Shown here: positions 25,151 through 25,546 of the stretch, in pieces
Numbering within the stretch: the first letter of the stretch is position 1
How the letters are laid out: every line of letters starts with the position of its first letter
NCBI GenBank assembly: GCA_046861655.1
Contig: JBHIAI010000011.1
Span: 1 to 25,546 of the forward strand
Source: Fidelibacterota bacterium
Lineage (GTDB): Bacteria > Fidelibacterota > Marinisomatia > Marinisomatales > S15-B10
Length of the DNA stretch: 25,546 nt
Direction of reading: 5' to 3'
Program-made: the position numbers and the translations under genes
The notes under the pieces: model-generated
The model's input: the letters and a program-made list of their open reading frames with translations, nothing else
What the model was told of the DNA's origin: nothing
Databases searched by the model: none

Positions 25151-25546
25151 CTATACCCCGCTCTCGTCCTCCAGCTTAATCACCTCAAGCTCGCCGAACC
25201 CGAGGTCGCGGATCCCTTCTTCCACCGTTTTCCTGTCCCCCACCACCAGCCAGATTAGTTTATCCGGGTGTAATACCTTTCGGGCTACCGCGGAAATGTC
25301 GTCCCGGTCAAGTTCCCGGACGCGCCCCGGATAGGCCTCATAGTAGTTTTCGGGAATGCCGAATTGAACCATTTCCACGATAGCCCCCTCAACGGCGGCC
25401 AAGGTCTCAAACCGGCCGGGAAGTCTTAGGGTCTGGCTGTTCTTGGCCTTCTGGAGCTCCTCCTCTGTTGCGGGTCGGACAGCGAGGATATCCCGAACTT
25501 CCCTGTCCAGTTCCACCATGGACTCCCGGGTTTTGTCCGTCTGCAC
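25151..25546 (-). CDS. C-terminal fragment of another M16 (PqqL-like) zinc peptidase; 5' end beyond the window
   Basis: VQTDKT..S..E, T.EEL..AK, LPG.FET, Y...V..L..DDI..VA and LVVGD; the frame is open to the window edge. Confidence 0.85.
   Translation of the reverse strand: MQTDKTRESMVELDREVRDILAVRPATEEELQKAKNSQTLRLPGRFETLAAVEGAIVEMVQFGIPENYYEAYPGRVRELDRDDISAVARKVLHPDKLIWLVVGDRKTVEEGIRDLGFGELEVIKLEDESGV

Noticed and set aside
1..25546. Defence system, prophage or mobile element
   Set aside because: No integrase, transposase, nuclease, reverse transcriptase, cas gene or repeat array was recognised; the content is envelope, stress and housekeeping genes.

Overview
GC-rich, gene-dense chromosomal window from a Gram-negative bacterium (it carries lipid A genes). 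The gene order suggests an FCB-group or Marinimicrobia-like lineage, but that is inference only. From left to right: two tandem paralogous FG-GAP propeller/Ig-cadherin surface proteins (the first cut off by the window edge); a ~400 bp intergenic region with a candidate three-hairpin small RNA on the minus strand; a secreted HExxH peptidase/PD40-propeller/beta-barrel protein; a minus-strand lipid A operon (GnnA-like oxidoreductase, ICMT/LmtA-like methyltransferase, lpxB, DUF374/LpxJ-like acyltransferase, lpxK); two hypothetical proteins; a stress-related block (sodC, family-4 UDG, osmoprotectant-type ABC transporter, RclA/MerA-like flavoprotein disulfide reductase, DUF427, YbhB/YbcL); an SRPBCC protein with a duplicated C-terminal helical motif; a carboxylesterase; a DHFR-like protein; and three consecutive M16 peptidase genes. 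I recognised no tRNA, rRNA, CRISPR array or mobile element. The best novelty candidates are the orphan sRNA, the lipid A remodelling operon and the unusual repeats and insertions in the surface proteins. All calls come from reading motifs by eye; no searches were run.
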